A DNA stretch of 64,000 nucleotides from a bacterium (GCA_030641525.1 DAOWHH010000001.1:2626-66625), one strand, 5' to 3'; positions 17,630 to 27,554 are shown, numbered from the stretch's first letter. Made by a program: numbers and translations. The notes: generated by a model not told the origin, from the letters alone.

Positions 17630-20600
17630 ATGAGTATATTTACACTTAAAAAATCTGCAACAACAAAAGTTGTTTCAGTTTTAGTAGGTTCAGCTATGGC
17701 TCTTACTCTTGTGTTTGGTGGTGCAGTTGCTCCAGCTCAAGCGCAAACAATGGAAGAGCTTACAGCTCAAATAAATAGTTTGCTTTCTACAATTGCAGCA
17801 TTGCAAGCTCAATTATTAAGTATGTCAGGAGGAACAACTCAAGCAACAGGAGTATCTTATAACTTCACAACAAACCTTTCAAAAGGTGATAGTGGGGTAC
17901 AAGTTATGAATCTTCAAAAGGTTCTTAACATGAGTTCAGATACTCAAGCCGCAGTTTCAGGAGTAGGTTCACCTGGAAATGAAACAGAATATTTTGGTTC
18001 ATTAACTAAAGCAGCTGTGATTAAATTCCAGAACAAATACGCTTCTGAAATTTTAGCACCAGTTGGTCTATCAGCAGGAACAGGTTATGTTGGTCCTTCA
18101 ACAAGGGCAAAACTTAACACAATGGGAGGAGCTGTAGTTACAACTCCAGGAACAACTCCAGTAGTTGTGGTTACACCAGCCGGAACAGGATTGACTGTAA
18201 GTGCAGGATATCAACCAGCAGCTACTTTAGCTCCAGAAAAGGCAGCTAGAGTACCTTTCACAAAAGTTGTTCTTACTGCTAGCAATGACGGAGATATTGT
18301 AGTTAATTCTATCTTAATAGAACGAACTGGTTTAGCTCAAGACGGAGCTTTTGCTGGAATTGTTCTATTAGATGAAGACGGAATTCAGATTGGAATTGCT
18401 AAGACTTTGAACTCTTTACATCAAGCAAAAGTGGGAGAAGATTTTACAGTTAAAGCTGGAACTTCAAAAACAATTACAATTGCTGCTAATATGCATACAT
18501 CTTCAATGAGTACATATACAGGGCAAGTTGGATCTTTGACAGTAGTAGGAGTTAATACTTCAGCTGCAGTTAACGGTACTCTTCCAATCGTAGGAACTTC
18601 TCACACAATGAATAGTTCTCTAACAATTGGAACTGCTACAGCAGATAGAGGGATTGATGACCCTAACACTTCAGCAACTAAAGAAGTTGGAGTTTCTGAC
18701 TATACATTTGCTGCTATTAAAGTAACAGCAGGATCAGCAGAAAAAATTAGAGTTCATTCTTTGAGATGGAATCAATCAGGTTCAGTATCATCTTCAGATT
18801 TAGAAAATCTAAAGACTTATGTTGATGGAATAGCTTATGATGTAATTGTTTCCTCAGATGGAAAATATTACACAGCTAGTTTTGGAAGTGGGCTTGTAAT
18901 TGATAAAGGTTTATCAAAACAAATTTCAATTAAAGGTGACATAGTAGGAGGATCAGGAAGAAATATAGTATTTGATATCTACAAAGATACAGATCTATAT
19001 GTGACAGGAGAAACTTACGGATATGGAATTACACCTGCTGAAGGATCTGCAGGATCAGTTTCAACAAGCGGTTCAGCTTTCCTTACAACAACACCTTGGT
19101 ATGACAATGCGCACGTAACAGTATCAGATGGAACTCTTACGGTTGCTAAAGCAACTTCTGTATCAGCACAAAATATTGCTGAAGTTGTTGAAAATCAGAT
19201 TCTTGGTGGATTTGATGTGGAAGTAAAAGGAGAAGCAATTTCTGTAGCAAGTTTGGTATTTAACGGAACTATTTCTGCAGGAGCTGGAGTAGGAACAAGC
19301 ATTGATAATGTTACTTTGGTAGATGAAAATGGTTCAGTGGTAGCTGGTCCGGTGGATGCTGAAGGAGCATCAACAGCTGCAACAGTGACATTTACAGATA
19401 CTGTAACATTCCCAATTGGAATAGGTACTTATACATTGAAAGGTCAATTAGCAAGTACATTTGTTAATGATCAAACAATCGTATTTAATACTGATCCAGA
19501 TGACGATTGGACAACAGTTACAGGACAAACAACTGGTAATTCAATTACTCCCGCACCTACATCAGCTGTAACTTCAAATACAATGACAATGAAGGCAGGA
19601 ACAGTTTCTATTTCTGTATCTGATAATCCAGTAGCTCAAAATGTAGTAGCTGGAGCACAAGGATTTGTTTTTGCTAACTATCAATTTGACGCAACAGCTT
19701 CAGGTGAAGATGTAAGATTTACTTCTTTGATTCTAGAATTAACAGCAGCAACAAGTCCTGAATATTTGACAGGTTGTCAATTATGGGATGGAGATACTGC
19801 TTTGAACACAGGTTCAAACAAAAAGGATGTAGCTTCTACTGATACTTCAGTAGATATTACATTTACACTTGATTCAGGTGGAGTGACTATTCCAAAAGGA
19901 ACTGTTAAAACTTTGGCTTTGACATGTAATGTGTCAGCTTCTGCAACTTCAGAAACATTCCTATGGGATATGACTGATGCTACAGACCAAACAGGAACAG
20001 GTCTTAACTCAGGAACAACTATTACAGTTACTGACACTACAGGAACAGGTCAATTAATGTCTGCTACATCTTATGGAGGATTAACAGTTGCTGAACAAAC
20101 AGGTACATACTTGATTGCTGCAGCTGGTACTACAGATGTAACTCTAGGTTCATTGAAGTTTACAGGAACTAATGAAGAGATTACATTGAAGAAATTATCT
20201 CTTCAATTAACATCAGCTTCATCCTCACCTTCAGATATGACACAAGTGACATTATGGGATGGAACAACACAAGTTGGTACAGCTGTATTCACAAGTACGG
20301 ATTATGCAACATCAACTTTGACAGGAAGCTTTGTAATTCCTAAAGATGGAACTAAAATTATGACTCTTAAAGCTGATTTAGCAGAAATAGGTACATCTAA
20401 GATTGGTACACAAGGAGCCCTATTGAAAGTAAATTATAATGGTGGTGATCTGGATGGTACTCAAGGAGTAGGTGATCAATCAGGTACAACTATTAGCTCA
20501 ACTTCAGCTACATCTTCAACATTTGATGGTGTAAGAGTATTTAAAGCTCATCCTGAATTTGCTAAGATTAGTCTGTCTGATTCATTGACATCAGGTACTA

Positions 20601-21202
20601 CTATTCTTTATAAGTTCAGTGTAACTGCTAATGATGCCGACGGATCAAGTGAAGGAATTGGTCTTTACAAATTCACACTTAATCTAGCAACATCATCAGA
20701 TAATGCTGCAACTGGATCAACTACTGTGACAGCAGCGAAGGTGTATGCTTATTCAGATTCATCTTTCTCTAACACAATTGATTCATCAGCCGACGGTACT
20801 GCTTACACTAATGGACAAATTGTAGACGAAGTATCTAATCTAGCAGGTACAACAACTGGAGCAGATAATGAATTGGTATTAAATTCTCCAATTCAGATTC
20901 CAGCTGGTGAAACTTATTACTTCAAAGTAATTGGTACTACATCAATTGTTTCTGGAACAGGAACAGATGCTAATAATTGGGTTAAAGCTTACATTACTGG
21001 TGACTCAGCTTACCATGTAGGTAGTGCTAACTTGATGGATGCAGCAGCTACAGTAGATGATGAATCAGGTGGAAACGATGCTTTCGTTTGGTCACCTTAT
21101 GCAACAACTACATCAGCTATACTTCATGCTGACTGGACAAATGGATACAAGATATCAGGTTTGCCATCAGATGGTATGGATGCTGAAACTATTAATCAAT
21201 AA
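17630..21202 (+). CDS. giant secreted cell-surface protein: signal peptide, coiled-coil, peptidoglycan-binding domain, repeated beta-sandwich modules (S-layer-like candidate)
   Basis: 1190 aa. Signal peptide ends APAQAQ. The PG_binding_1-like segment is LSKGDSGVQVMNLQKVLN...EYFGSLTKAAVIKFQNKYA. At least six T/S/G/A-rich modules follow, each with the pattern [IV]x[FL]xS[LI]... then [LVW]xD(G/E)xxxxG. Confidence 0.7.
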   Translation: MSIFTLKKSATTKVVSVLVGSAMALTLVFGGAVAPAQAQTMEELTAQINSLLSTIAALQAQLLSMSGGTTQATGVSYNFTTNLSKGDSGVQVMNLQKVLNMSSDTQAAVSGVGSPGNETEYFGSLTKAAVIKFQNKYASEILAPVGLSAGTGYVGPSTRAKLNTMGGAVVTTPGTTPVVVVTPAGTGLTVSAGYQPAATLAPEKAARVPFTKVVLTASNDGDIVVNSILIERTGLAQDGAFAGIVLLDEDGIQIGIAKTLNSLHQAKVGEDFTVKAGTSKTITIAANMHTSSMSTYTGQVGSLTVVGVNTSAAVNGTLPIVGTSHTMNSSLTIGTATADRGIDDPNTSATKEVGVSDYTFAAIKVTAGSAEKIRVHSLRWNQSGSVSSSDLENLKTYVDGIAYDVIVSSDGKYYTASFGSGLVIDKGLSKQISIKGDIVGGSGRNIVFDIYKDTDLYVTGETYGYGITPAEGSAGSVSTSGSAFLTTTPWYDNAHVTVSDGTLTVAKATSVSAQNIAEVVENQILGGFDVEVKGEAISVASLVFNGTISAGAGVGTSIDNVTLVDENGSVVAGPVDAEGASTAATVTFTDTVTFPIGIGTYTLKGQLASTFVNDQTIVFNTDPDDDWTTVTGQTTGNSITPAPTSAVTSNTMTMKAGTVSISVSDNPVAQNVVAGAQGFVFANYQFDATASGEDVRFTSLILELTAATSPEYLTGCQLWDGDTALNTGSNKKDVASTDTSVDITFTLDSGGVTIPKGTVKTLALTCNVSASATSETFLWDMTDATDQTGTGLNSGTTITVTDTTGTGQLMSATSYGGLTVAEQTGTYLIAAAGTTDVTLGSLKFTGTNEEITLKKLSLQLTSASSSPSDMTQVTLWDGTTQVGTAVFTSTDYATSTLTGSFVIPKDGTKIMTLKADLAEIGTSKIGTQGALLKVNYNGGDLDGTQGVGDQSGTTISSTSATSSTFDGVRVFKAHPEFAKISLSDSLTSGTTILYKFSVTANDADGSSEGIGLYKFTLNLATSSDNAATGSTTVTAAKVYAYSDSSFSNTIDSSADGTAYTNGQIVDEVSNLAGTTTGADNELVLNSPIQIPAGETYYFKVIGTTSIVSGTGTDANNWVKAYITGDSAYHVGSANLMDAAATVDDESGGNDAFVWSPYATTTSAILHADWTNGYKISGLPSDGMDAETINQ

Positions 21203-21280
21203 TAGTTAACTGCAAGAGTATTTCATTCTTAAAGTTTGAGAATTAATATTCTAAAATATTAGAGCTTGATGCTCTAGAAC

Positions 21281-21310
21281 AAAAACCTCGCATTAATTTG
21301 CGGGGTTTTT
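21281..21310 (+). terminator. intrinsic terminator after the surface protein gene
   Basis: AAAAACCTCGC-ATTAATTT-GCGGGGTTTTT. Confidence 0.75.
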
Positions 21311-21336
21311 GTATTGTATTGTATTTTGGATTATTA

Positions 21337-21365
21337 ATACTTAGTAGTTGGATTACTAAGTATTT
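21337..21365. repeat. 29-nt hairpin repeat, identical to 44134-44162
   Basis: ATACTTAGTAGTTGGATTACTAAGTATTT. Internally it is the hairpin TACTTAGTA-GTTGGAT-TACTAAGTA. Confidence 0.85.
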
Positions 21366-21397
21366 TTTTGTTGATTTTATTTGTTTTTTTTAATAAA

Positions 21398-22117
21398 ATG
21401 ATTATCACTATGTTAAATAAAAATACTATTATATCTATCGTTTTAGGGGTTTTATTATTATCAATTTTTGTTTTTTATGTTAATAAAGATTTATTCAATA
21501 ATGAAAAAATAGATTCTGTGGCTACAACAACTCTTCAAATAGAGGAAATTGGGATTGATAATATAGAAATATCAAATGAGGGGGGAGAATTAATTAAGAT
21601 TGAAGAAATAATTGATGAAAATGTTGAGATCACCAAAGAAAATATCCTTATACCTGATTTAGATAGAAAAATTGTCTTTCTTGATGATTTTCCTGAAGAT
21701 GCTCAACAAATAATGATTGATAGATTGAATACAATTATTCAAGATATAAAAAATAATCCTGATTCTTATGATGATTGGATGAATTTAGGACTTCAAAGAA
21801 AAATAATAGATGATTATGAGGGGGTTAAATTAGCTTGGGAGTATGCGAAATACCTAAACCCAGATCATTTTCTTGTATGGGGCAATTTAGGCGATCTATA
21901 CGCATATTATTTGAAGGATAACATTAAGGCAGAAGAGAATTATATAGGGGCGATTGAATATGGTTCTCATCAAATTCCATTATATTTCAAAATAGCAGAA
22001 TTTTATAGAGAATTTATGAATAATACTCTCAGAGCTATAGAAATGGTGAAATTAGGTATAGAAATTAATCCAAATTCCCAAGATCTAAAAAACCTTTTAG
22101 AATCTCTTAAGGAATAA
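21398..22117 (+). CDS. membrane-anchored TPR-repeat protein
   Basis: N-terminal TM helix (IISIVLGVLLLSIFVFYV). The C-terminal half has TPR-like W..LG..Y...K....AEENY..AIE patterns. The ATG at 21398 is preferred over the TTG at 21368, which lies next to the hairpin repeat. Confidence 0.65.
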   Translation: MIITMLNKNTIISIVLGVLLLSIFVFYVNKDLFNNEKIDSVATTTLQIEEIGIDNIEISNEGGELIKIEEIIDENVEITKENILIPDLDRKIVFLDDFPEDAQQIMIDRLNTIIQDIKNNPDSYDDWMNLGLQRKIIDDYEGVKLAWEYAKYLNPDHFLVWGNLGDLYAYYLKDNIKAEENYIGAIEYGSHQIPLYFKIAEFYREFMNNTLRAIEMVKLGIEINPNSQDLKNLLESLKE

Positions 22118-22121
22118 AAAT

Positions 22122-22157
22122 AAAAACCTCCGGAGACTGGGTCTCTGGAAGTTTTAT
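22122..22157 (+). terminator. intrinsic terminator
   Basis: AACCTCCGGAGAC-TGG-GTCTCTGGAAGTT (contains G-U pairs) followed by TTTATTATT. Confidence 0.6.
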
Positions 22158-22232
22158 TATTCACAAGTTATCAACATATTTATACACATTTAATGGTTTT
22201 ATGAGATATAATTATTTTAATTATAGATTGAA

Positions 22233-22388
22233 ATGTTAGGAATAAACAAAACATCAATGAGTTTTATATTTGGTTTTATAGGTATAATTCTTATTGGTAT
22301 TATGATTTTGGTTGTGGTGAGTAATGGTGGTATTAATAAAGAGGAATATACTAGTCCAGAGGTTAATATAGCAGATGAGAGTAATTAA
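22233..22388 (+). CDS. small single-pass membrane protein (51 aa), below the ORF-track cutoff
   Basis: MLGINKTSMSFIFGFIGIILIGIMILVVVSNGGINKEEYTSPEVNIADESN. It is followed by the hairpin CTCAA-GAGAT-TTGAG plus a T-run (22423-22447). Confidence 0.35.
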   Translation: MLGINKTSMSFIFGFIGIILIGIMILVVVSNGGINKEEYTSPEVNIADESN

Positions 22389-22495
22389 AAAGGATTAAAT
22401 AAATAATTAAAGAACCCAGAGTTCTCAAGAGATTTGAGGATTTTTTTTGTTTTTATTAGTTATAATTAAGTAATTATAAAAATAAAAATAATATT

Positions 22496-23008
22496 ATGAA
22501 AATAAAATTTAAAAAGAATAAGAAATATTTATTACCAACAATTATCTCAATAGTGTCGTTTTCGGTACTTATTTTTTTAATTGTTCAACAAAATGATAAG
22601 GAAATAGTCTTTGTACCTGAAAATGAGGTGAATTTTCAATCTGTTGATGAATATAACGAGTATTATGATGCTTTAATAATGGCTTATAAGAAGGATAATT
22701 TTGGTGGGGATACTCCTGAAGAAACCATTAATGGTCTTGTGGAAGCATTAAAATTAGGAGATGTTGAATTGGCTAGTAAATATTTTGTAGTAGAAAAGCA
22801 AAAAAGAGTGGCTGAAGAATTAGCTATTGGTAAAGAAAATGGAGTTTTGGGTTTGTTAATAGGTGATTTAACTAAAGAAAACGAAGGTTTTGAAATGTTA
22901 GAAAATGAATATAGATTTAGGACTTTTGATGAAAATAATATAGCTGAATTTAGTTTTGATTTAATTCTCAATGAATATACTAATAAATGGAAAATAGAAA
23001 GTCTTTAA
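22496..23008 (+). CDS. membrane-anchored hypothetical protein
   Basis: 170 aa with an N-terminal TM helix (LLPTIISIVSFSVLIFLIV). Overlaps the next gene by 22 nt, which suggests co-translation. Confidence 0.5.
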   Translation: MKIKFKKNKKYLLPTIISIVSFSVLIFLIVQQNDKEIVFVPENEVNFQSVDEYNEYYDALIMAYKKDNFGGDTPEETINGLVEALKLGDVELASKYFVVEKQKRVAEELAIGKENGVLGLLIGDLTKENEGFEMLENEYRFRTFDENNIAEFSFDLILNEYTNKWKIESL

Positions 23009-26000
23009 AATTTCAATTCATAATATTTTTGATGGGAATAATTTTTATTCCCTTTTTTAATGTTTATGCCTATGACGATAAAACTACTCACCCCGCTCTT
23101 ACTCAGGAAATTATTAAATTATTTGAATATCATTATCCTCAATATGAATTCACAGCTAGTGAAAAAGAATTAATAGAAAAGGGAAGTATTGAAGAGGATT
23201 TCCCAATTTATCGTTCTTTATTTCATTTTTATGATCCAATTTATGAAGAGGGTTTTAATGGTAATTTGTCAGCCAAAAAATGGGCTCAAAATACTCGAAT
23301 TCAAGCACTTTTAGATCCAAAATACACAGTACTTTTGGCTAATATTTTTCAAAAATTATTTGAATCTGGTTCAGATTTCAGTTTTGATAGGGCTATTTAT
23401 GACTATATATATGGAGATAAAGAAAGAGCTTTAATTAATTTAGGTCATATTTTGCATCTGATAGAAGATATGTCAGTACCACCTCATACTAGAAATGATT
23501 CTCATGCTTTGGGTTCACCTTATGAAAATTATGCAAAACAATTTATTAAAGAAAATATAGATATTACTAGTAATTTAATTAAAAATCAGGAGAAAGTGAT
23601 TATTTATGATAATTTAGATGATTATTTTTATAATTTAGCTTTATTTTCTAATAATAATTTTTTTAGTCAGGATACTATTTTGGATGAAAAATATGCTTAC
23701 CCTGTAATTGATTATGAAAAAATAGAAAATATTGGTAGTAGATTGAGTATTTTTGGTTATAATCAAAATAAAAATAAATTATTAGAAATAGAGAGAAAAC
23801 GAGATTATAAAACCGGAGAAATGAAAACTTTATACTCAATAGAAGACGATAATTTATTAATTTTATCCGACTATTGGAAATCTCTTTCAAAACAAGCTAT
23901 TTTGCATGGTGCTGGAGTAATGAAATTATTTTTTGATGCTGTAGAAGAAGAAAAAGAAACTTTAGCCTTATTTAATAAAAATCAAAGTGGTTTTGAAAAA
24001 ACTTTAGCTAATTTGAAGGAAAAAATAATAAATCCTTTATCAAAAATAGCAAATTATGTTAATAAACAAGATATGACTGCAGATATTGTGAATTTAGACG
24101 AAAATATAAAGGTAGAAGATGATTTTGAGGTTGAGGTTTTCCAACATCAACCTCAAAATCATCACATCTCTATTGAAAACTCAGACACTCAAGAATTAAA
24201 AGAACTTGCTTTAATTCTAGAAGAAGCTGAAAAAATGGTGGTTAAATTAGAAAAGGATATTAATATTTTTCTAGAACAAAATATAGAGGAAGTAAAAGAA
24301 GAATTAATTATTGAAAAATTAATTGTTGATAATGTTGATGATAATGAATCAGAAGAGAATATTTCTACAAATACTATTATATATGGTGGAGGTGGGGGAA
24401 GTGGAAATCCTGTTGATAACTCCAATATAGAAGATATAGAGGAAGGGGTAGATGGGGATATTATTGAAATATTAGCTCCTCAAATAACAAGTCCGTCTGA
24501 TTTTTCACAAGCATTTACAGCTACTACTATCAATTTTTCTGGAACAGCATCATCAACCCAAATAATTTCCACTGACTTTTCTAATGCCACAACAACAGTT
24601 GATTCAGATAATACATGGGAATTGACTTTATCTAGTTTTAATCAAGGAACCACTACAATAAATTTTTATGCTGATGATAATCAAGGTAATATTTCTAGTT
24701 CAACACCTATAACCCTGAATATTTTTTTACCCGCTCCAGATATTTCATTAGAAATTATACAATGTGACAATTCAATGACCACGAATTCTTGTTTGATAGC
24801 GACAACCACCCTTGATATTTTATGGTCATCTACGGCATTAAACGAGGATCTAAGTCATTTTAATATCAATAAAAATAACGAGTTTTCCACAACCACAGCC
24901 ACCTCTACTCAAGTGATAGATTTAATTGATGGAGAAATATATACATTTTCTATCTCAGTTATGGGAACCAATGGAAATTCATCAGCTACCTCCACACAAA
25001 CGGTCATTGTTAACACTTTACCAATAATTATTAATGAAATAGCTTGGAGAGGAACAACTGCTTCAACAACAGACGAATGGATAGAACTTTATAATCGCTC
25101 AGATGAGGATATTGATTTAAGTGATTGGATATTATATACAGAAGATTTAGCCCCTTTTCTCACTTTTGATGAAGCTAATGATAAAATAATTGAAGCCAAT
25201 AGTTATTATTTAATTGAAAGGACAGAAGATGACACTACAATTAGCGATATTACTGCTGATTTAGCGACACCTTTTAGTGGTTTGACTGGAAGTTCGGGCT
25301 TAGAAAATTCTGGAGAACATCTGATTTTAGCTTATAAACAAACAAATCAAGCGACTACAACCATTGATGAAGTCCCATTTGGTGATGGATGGCCAACAGG
25401 AGATGCAACTCGCAGTCTTGAAAAATACAATCCCGATTTATTAGGTACGGATGTGGATAATTGGTCTTTATCTGTACCTTATACAGCATCTCAGGATTTA
25501 TTAAATGGCTTAGATGTTAACGGAAATATTATTCTAGGAACACCAAAGGCAAGAAATAGTATAAATTATAAAATCGCTATGGGTGATACCTTAGATACCG
25601 ACAAAACCTTAAATGCCTCTAATTCACCTTATTATATCGGAACTGATGGCTTGACTATTCAGACAGGAAAAACTTTGACTATTGAAGAAGGGGTTATAAT
25701 AAAAACTATAAGAAAATACGGGGATGCTCAATTATTAGTTGATGGTACTATCAATGCTAATGGTTCAGTAGAAGATCCCATTATTTTCACATTTTTTGGA
25801 GATGATGAGGGAGGAGATACAAATGGAGATGGTGTTTGTGTTTCAGGAGTAGCAACAACTACTTGTCCTGGAGAATTTAATAATTATTGGTCCCAAGTGA
25901 TTTTAACTTCTAATAGTGAAAATTCAATATTTAATAATGTGATTTTTAGATACGGAGGTTATCGCTTAGGTACCTATTATCCTGAAGCTATGGTAATACT

Positions 26001-26871
26001 AGAAGATGCAATTGCCGATTTCACAAACACCTCTTTTGAAAATTCTAAAACTAGTGGTTTGGATTTAGTATCTTCTACTTCAACAATTGAAAATTGTGAT
26101 TTTGAAAATAATAAACAAGAGATGGGGTATTATGGACTTCATGCTTTAAATAGTGGTTTAGATATTCAAAATTCTAATTTTGATAATAACCAAATTGGGT
26201 TATATCTTTCTGATTCTGTGGGGGCTAATATCAATTCTAATATTTTTACTAATAATAATGATTATGCTTTGAAGATAAGCGGTTCACCTAATATTCAGAT
26301 AGAAAATAATCAAGGATCTGATAATAATATTAATGCTATTGAAATTTTTGGTTATATTACGAATGAGATAGCAACGACTATTCTTGCTCAAAATCCATTA
26401 CCATATATTATAGATAGACCTTTAGTTTCATCTCCTGATACAGTTTTAGATATTGAAGCAGGAACGGTTTTTAAATTTGATGATGGGGGATATATAAACA
26501 TAGGGGGTCAATTAAATGTAAACGGTTCAGAAGGAAATGAAGTATTATTTACTTCTGTATATGATGACAGTGATGGGGTTGATATTTTTAATGATGGATC
26601 TATGGCGACAAGTTCAATACCAAAAGAAGGAAGTATTAATATTCTTTCAGCTACATCTACTATTCAAAATGCAGAATTTAATTATCTGTATATGGCAACA
26701 AAATATCAAAATACTGGTTCTTTCCAATCCCCGATTGATCTAAAAAATATTATTTTCAAACATAATACTTGGTCTATTCTTGCAGATGAAGAAGATACAC
26801 CTGTAAATAGAGCGGAAAATATAGAATTTATAGGAATTCAATCAATGTCATCTCTCTCAAATTGGCCTTAA
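22987..26871 (+). CDS. large secreted multidomain protein: zinc phospholipase C/P1-nuclease-like N-domain, lamin-tail domain, right-handed beta-helix repeats
   Basis: 1294 aa with a signal peptide. LHLIEDMSVPPH has the same H-x3-D-x5-H spacing as the zinc-PLC motif. The LTD signature is IIINEIAWRGTTASTTDEWIELYNRSDEDIDLSDWILY. C-terminal N/S/I-rich repeats (NSNFDNNQIGLYLSDS..NSNIFTNNNDYALKISGS) are typical of parallel beta-helix proteins. Confidence 0.65.
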   Translation: MENRKSLKFQFIIFLMGIIFIPFFNVYAYDDKTTHPALTQEIIKLFEYHYPQYEFTASEKELIEKGSIEEDFPIYRSLFHFYDPIYEEGFNGNLSAKKWAQNTRIQALLDPKYTVLLANIFQKLFESGSDFSFDRAIYDYIYGDKERALINLGHILHLIEDMSVPPHTRNDSHALGSPYENYAKQFIKENIDITSNLIKNQEKVIIYDNLDDYFYNLALFSNNNFFSQDTILDEKYAYPVIDYEKIENIGSRLSIFGYNQNKNKLLEIERKRDYKTGEMKTLYSIEDDNLLILSDYWKSLSKQAILHGAGVMKLFFDAVEEEKETLALFNKNQSGFEKTLANLKEKIINPLSKIANYVNKQDMTADIVNLDENIKVEDDFEVEVFQHQPQNHHISIENSDTQELKELALILEEAEKMVVKLEKDINIFLEQNIEEVKEELIIEKLIVDNVDDNESEENISTNTIIYGGGGGSGNPVDNSNIEDIEEGVDGDIIEILAPQITSPSDFSQAFTATTINFSGTASSTQIISTDFSNATTTVDSDNTWELTLSSFNQGTTTINFYADDNQGNISSSTPITLNIFLPAPDISLEIIQCDNSMTTNSCLIATTTLDILWSSTALNEDLSHFNINKNNEFSTTTATSTQVIDLIDGEIYTFSISVMGTNGNSSATSTQTVIVNTLPIIINEIAWRGTTASTTDEWIELYNRSDEDIDLSDWILYTEDLAPFLTFDEANDKIIEANSYYLIERTEDDTTISDITADLATPFSGLTGSSGLENSGEHLILAYKQTNQATTTIDEVPFGDGWPTGDATRSLEKYNPDLLGTDVDNWSLSVPYTASQDLLNGLDVNGNIILGTPKARNSINYKIAMGDTLDTDKTLNASNSPYYIGTDGLTIQTGKTLTIEEGVIIKTIRKYGDAQLLVDGTINANGSVEDPIIFTFFGDDEGGDTNGDGVCVSGVATTTCPGEFNNYWSQVILTSNSENSIFNNVIFRYGGYRLGTYYPEAMVILEDAIADFTNTSFENSKTSGLDLVSSTSTIENCDFENNKQEMGYYGLHALNSGLDIQNSNFDNNQIGLYLSDSVGANINSNIFTNNNDYALKISGSPNIQIENNQGSDNNINAIEIFGYITNEIATTILAQNPLPYIIDRPLVSSPDTVLDIEAGTVFKFDDGGYINIGGQLNVNGSEGNEVLFTSVYDDSDGVDIFNDGSMATSSIPKEGSINILSATSTIQNAEFNYLYMATKYQNTGSFQSPIDLKNIIFKHNTWSILADEEDTPVNRAENIEFIGIQSMSSLSNWP

Positions 26872-27038
26872 ATTAGGGTTATATATTCCAAAAACTGGAG
26901 GGTTTTTTGGAAAGAGTTAATAAAATAACAATTAAATTGTCCCTAAAATCTCTTTACAAAAGATACACAAAAGAGTATATTTTCATCAAGAAATGAATGT
27001 TTTAAATTAAATAAACTTCCAATAATAAAGAGGTAAAA

Positions 27039-27311
27039 ATGAAAGATTCCGAATGTTCGCAGTTACTTAATTGTTTAAAAAAAGGGTGTAGCGGAGAAGT
27101 GAATCACTCTTCTCATAACCCAAAAAATTTGCGAGTACAAGTAAAAATGTATGTTAATGTATATCCTTGTTCAAAATGTGATGCTTCTTATCGTATTAAC
27201 GAAGGGGAATTGATTCTTGTTGATGAAAAAGGTTTTGATATCAAAAAAACTCAAACACCTAAGGGGGGACTCTGTCTTGATCCACATATTTTGCACGGTA
27301 CAAATCGTTAA
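27039..27311 (+). CDS. small Cys-rich hypothetical protein
   Basis: 90 aa with cysteines as CSQLLNCLKKGC ... CSKC ... C. Preceded by a strong SD (AAAGAGGT, 27027-27034) that is atypical for this window. The hairpin ATCATCGGA-TATTTAT-TCGGTGAT plus a T-run follows. Confidence 0.4.
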   Translation: MKDSECSQLLNCLKKGCSGEVNHSSHNPKNLRVQVKMYVNVYPCSKCDASYRINEGELILVDEKGFDIKKTQTPKGGLCLDPHILHGTNR

Positions 27312-27416
27312 GTCTCTCAAATCATCGGATATTTATTCGGTGATTTTTTATTTAAATTTCTTTCTTTACAAAATATTTGCAATTTTTATTTTTAATGTTA
27401 AAGTATAATAATCAAA

Positions 27417-27554
27417 GATCAGAGAAAATGGGTTTTAAGGGGAAACTTTTGAATAAATCCTATTTAGGTCGAAACACTAAATATATGCGTGTTTTTCTCT
27501 GAGTCTTGTTTACCATAAGGTAAATGGGATTTTTATTTATTTAAAGATATTATA
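27417..27554 (+). promoter_or_regulatory. putative structured leader of the rplJ-rplL operon
   Basis: GATCAGAGAAAA (27417-27428) pairs with TTTTCTCTGAGTC (27493-27505), enclosing about 65 nt. Its position matches the known L10-leader autoregulatory site. Homology was not tested. Confidence 0.3.

Noticed and set aside
17630-21202. The visibly higher G+C content of the giant surface protein gene suggested horizontal transfer.
   Set aside because: Third codon positions remain A/T-rich (gca, gct, aca, act, ggt, gga, tca, gtt). The excess G+C comes from the Ala/Gly/Thr/Ser-rich amino-acid composition, so codon usage looks native.
27217-27408. A 63-aa ORF overlapping the end of the Cys-rich gene and its terminator.
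   Set aside because: It runs through the terminator hairpin and the AT-rich promoter region, has low-complexity composition, and has no start context.
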